This document shows, in pieces, positions 6,883 to 7,941 of a stretch of DNA of 7,941 nt; the stretch's first letter is position 1, and each line of letters opens with the position of its first letter. The DNA comes from Vitrella brassicaformis CCMP3155 (lineage: Eukaryota; Protista; Chromerida). The notes beneath the pieces are model-generated. The model did not search any database. It saw nothing but the letters and a program-made list of their open reading frames with translations, and had not been told where the DNA came from. The stretch is taken from the NCBI GenBank assembly GCA_001179505.1, contig CDMY01000961.1:1-7941 (forward strand), given 5' to 3'. A program made the translations under genes and the position numbers.

Positions 6883-7941
6883 ATGGGTGCCTCCTCCTCG
6901 ACGCCGGTTCTGCCCTTCATTTCTGACTTTGTCCTCAGACGCATCTTCGGCATCGGAGGGGGTGGAGGCGGTCCAGTTCCAGAAGCGGTTCGTCGGGCGG
7001 CCAAAGGTGCGGCCGAAGAGATGGAGAAGCAGGCAGAAGCCAACCGTCAGCAGAACGAGGCAGACCTGCAGCGCCGTCACGAGCAACAATTGTTTGCCGC
7101 GCAAGATGAGGGAGCCCGCAAGGCCCTCGCCGAGGAAGAGGAGAGGAAGCGCAAGTTCGAGCAGGACTATCCGAGGACCGAGTACCAGAAGCAGGCCATG
7201 GAGGATCACCCGAACAGGGCACAGGTCATGCTGTGTGGAAACGCGGGCACCAGCAAGTCGACCCTGATCAACCTGCTGATGATGGTGGTCAGCCATCTCT
7301 ACGCGCTGGCCCGCGGAGGCAGCACTGTCGCGCGGGTCGCGGTTAGTGCTCTTGGCGAGTGCACGGAGAGACCCACCGTCTACACCTTCGCCGAGGACAG
7401 CCCACTCTTCCACCTGGCTATCATGATCGCCACACCGGGTGGGCGGACAGTGACGGGGCAAAGGAAGCAGAGAGACGGGGGGCGCAGAGAAACAGAGGAG
7501 AGTTTGTGTATCCTTTCTCTGTCGCTTCTGCCCAGGGGCAGGGACGTTGCTTGTGCCCGAGGATACATATCCCCGAATGATTGGGATCAGATACGCCACC
7601 ATTGTCCTCCTCGTCGTCGCCGAGCGGTTGCGCGCGATTGACCACAAGGTCAGCACATGACCGGGAGGGCTCTTTTCTGGACTGTCACCCCTCTCTCCGT
7701 GTCTCTGTCTCCGTGTGTGTCTTCTCGTGTCAGATCTACAAGGAATGCCTTGATCGTCGCGTCCCTGTGCTCGTTGTGCGCAGCAAGATGGACAACGCCG
7801 TCGAGAACGCCATTGACGACGCTGAGGACGAAGGCCAGGAGCCTCCCACCGCTGAGCAGACGTACGAGGCCGCCCGCGCCAATGTGATCTCCAAGGCCGC
7901 AAACCCACCAGCAGAGTCTGGCGTGCCATCAATCCAAATCC
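6883..7941 (+). CDS. IRG/IIGP-like GTPase, copy B: N-myristoylation motif, altered G1 and G3 (predicted pseudo-GTPase), 3'-incomplete
   Basis: ATG at 6883 after a pyrimidine-rich leader. MGASSS (MGxxxS), amphipathic PFISDFVLRRIFG, Gly linker, charged coiled coil. Exons 6883-7438, 7536-7648, 7734->7941; introns 97 and 85 nt. G1 GNAGTSKS (7237-7260), G3 ATPG (7429-), G4 SKMD (7782-7793). Confidence 0.85.
7011..7941. repeat. Right arm of the inner inverted repeat (continues past the window end)
   Basis: Reverse complement of 5754-6675. Confidence 0.97.

Noticed and set aside
6652-7043. Both GTPase reading frames stay open across the spacer, giving apparent antisense-overlapping ORFs 6652-7641(+) and 6054-7043(-)
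   Set aside because: The extensions are the antisense of the partner's N-terminus and of a pyrimidine-rich leader. GC-rich DNA has few stops, and MGASSS at 6883 is a much better start.
5763-7932. Long ORFs 5763-6731(+) and 6706-7932(-), 322 and 408 aa
   Set aside because: Antisense shadows of the GTPase exons, running through introns, with no recognisable motifs.
5754-7941. Inner inverted repeat as an assembly or chimeric-read artefact
   Set aside because: The arms differ at 50 of 891 sites in a codon-structured, clustered pattern with a unique spacer; artefactual fold-backs would be near-identical.
1-7941. CRISPR arrays, tRNA/rRNA genes, prokaryotic operon signals
   Set aside because: None seen; the repeats are microsatellites or gene duplications and the genes have spliceosomal introns.

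Overview
Intron-rich eukaryotic genomic DNA with short 65-100 nt GT-AG introns full of (TG)n, (CA)n and (CAGA)n. The intron style plus an apicomplexan-type AP2 domain suggests a chromerid-like alveolate such as Vitrella (inference only). Gene order: (1) 3'-flank of a probable IRG-like gene copy lying just upstream of the window (1-260); (2) a + strand multi-exon chromatin/transcription factor with one canonical ApiAP2 domain, three divergent AP2-like modules and a PHD finger, apparently 5'-truncated and frameshifted (336-~3145); (3) a small - strand thiamine-binding protein gene of the DUF77/MTH1187 family (4338-4791); (4) a head-to-head pair of IRG/IIGP-like GTPase genes forming a >=890 bp inverted repeat around a ~335 bp spacer. 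The - copy (5517-6665) has intact G1/G3/G4 motifs but lacks the N-terminus. The + copy (6883->7941) has the myristoylation N-terminus but altered G1 (GxxxxSKS) and G3 (AxxG). The arms are ~98% identical except for a 118 bp island of ~27% divergence over the P-loop. Main hypotheses: an active/pseudo-GTPase pair, possibly switchable by spacer inversion, within a nested inverted-repeat GTPase cluster. All alignments and counts were done by hand.
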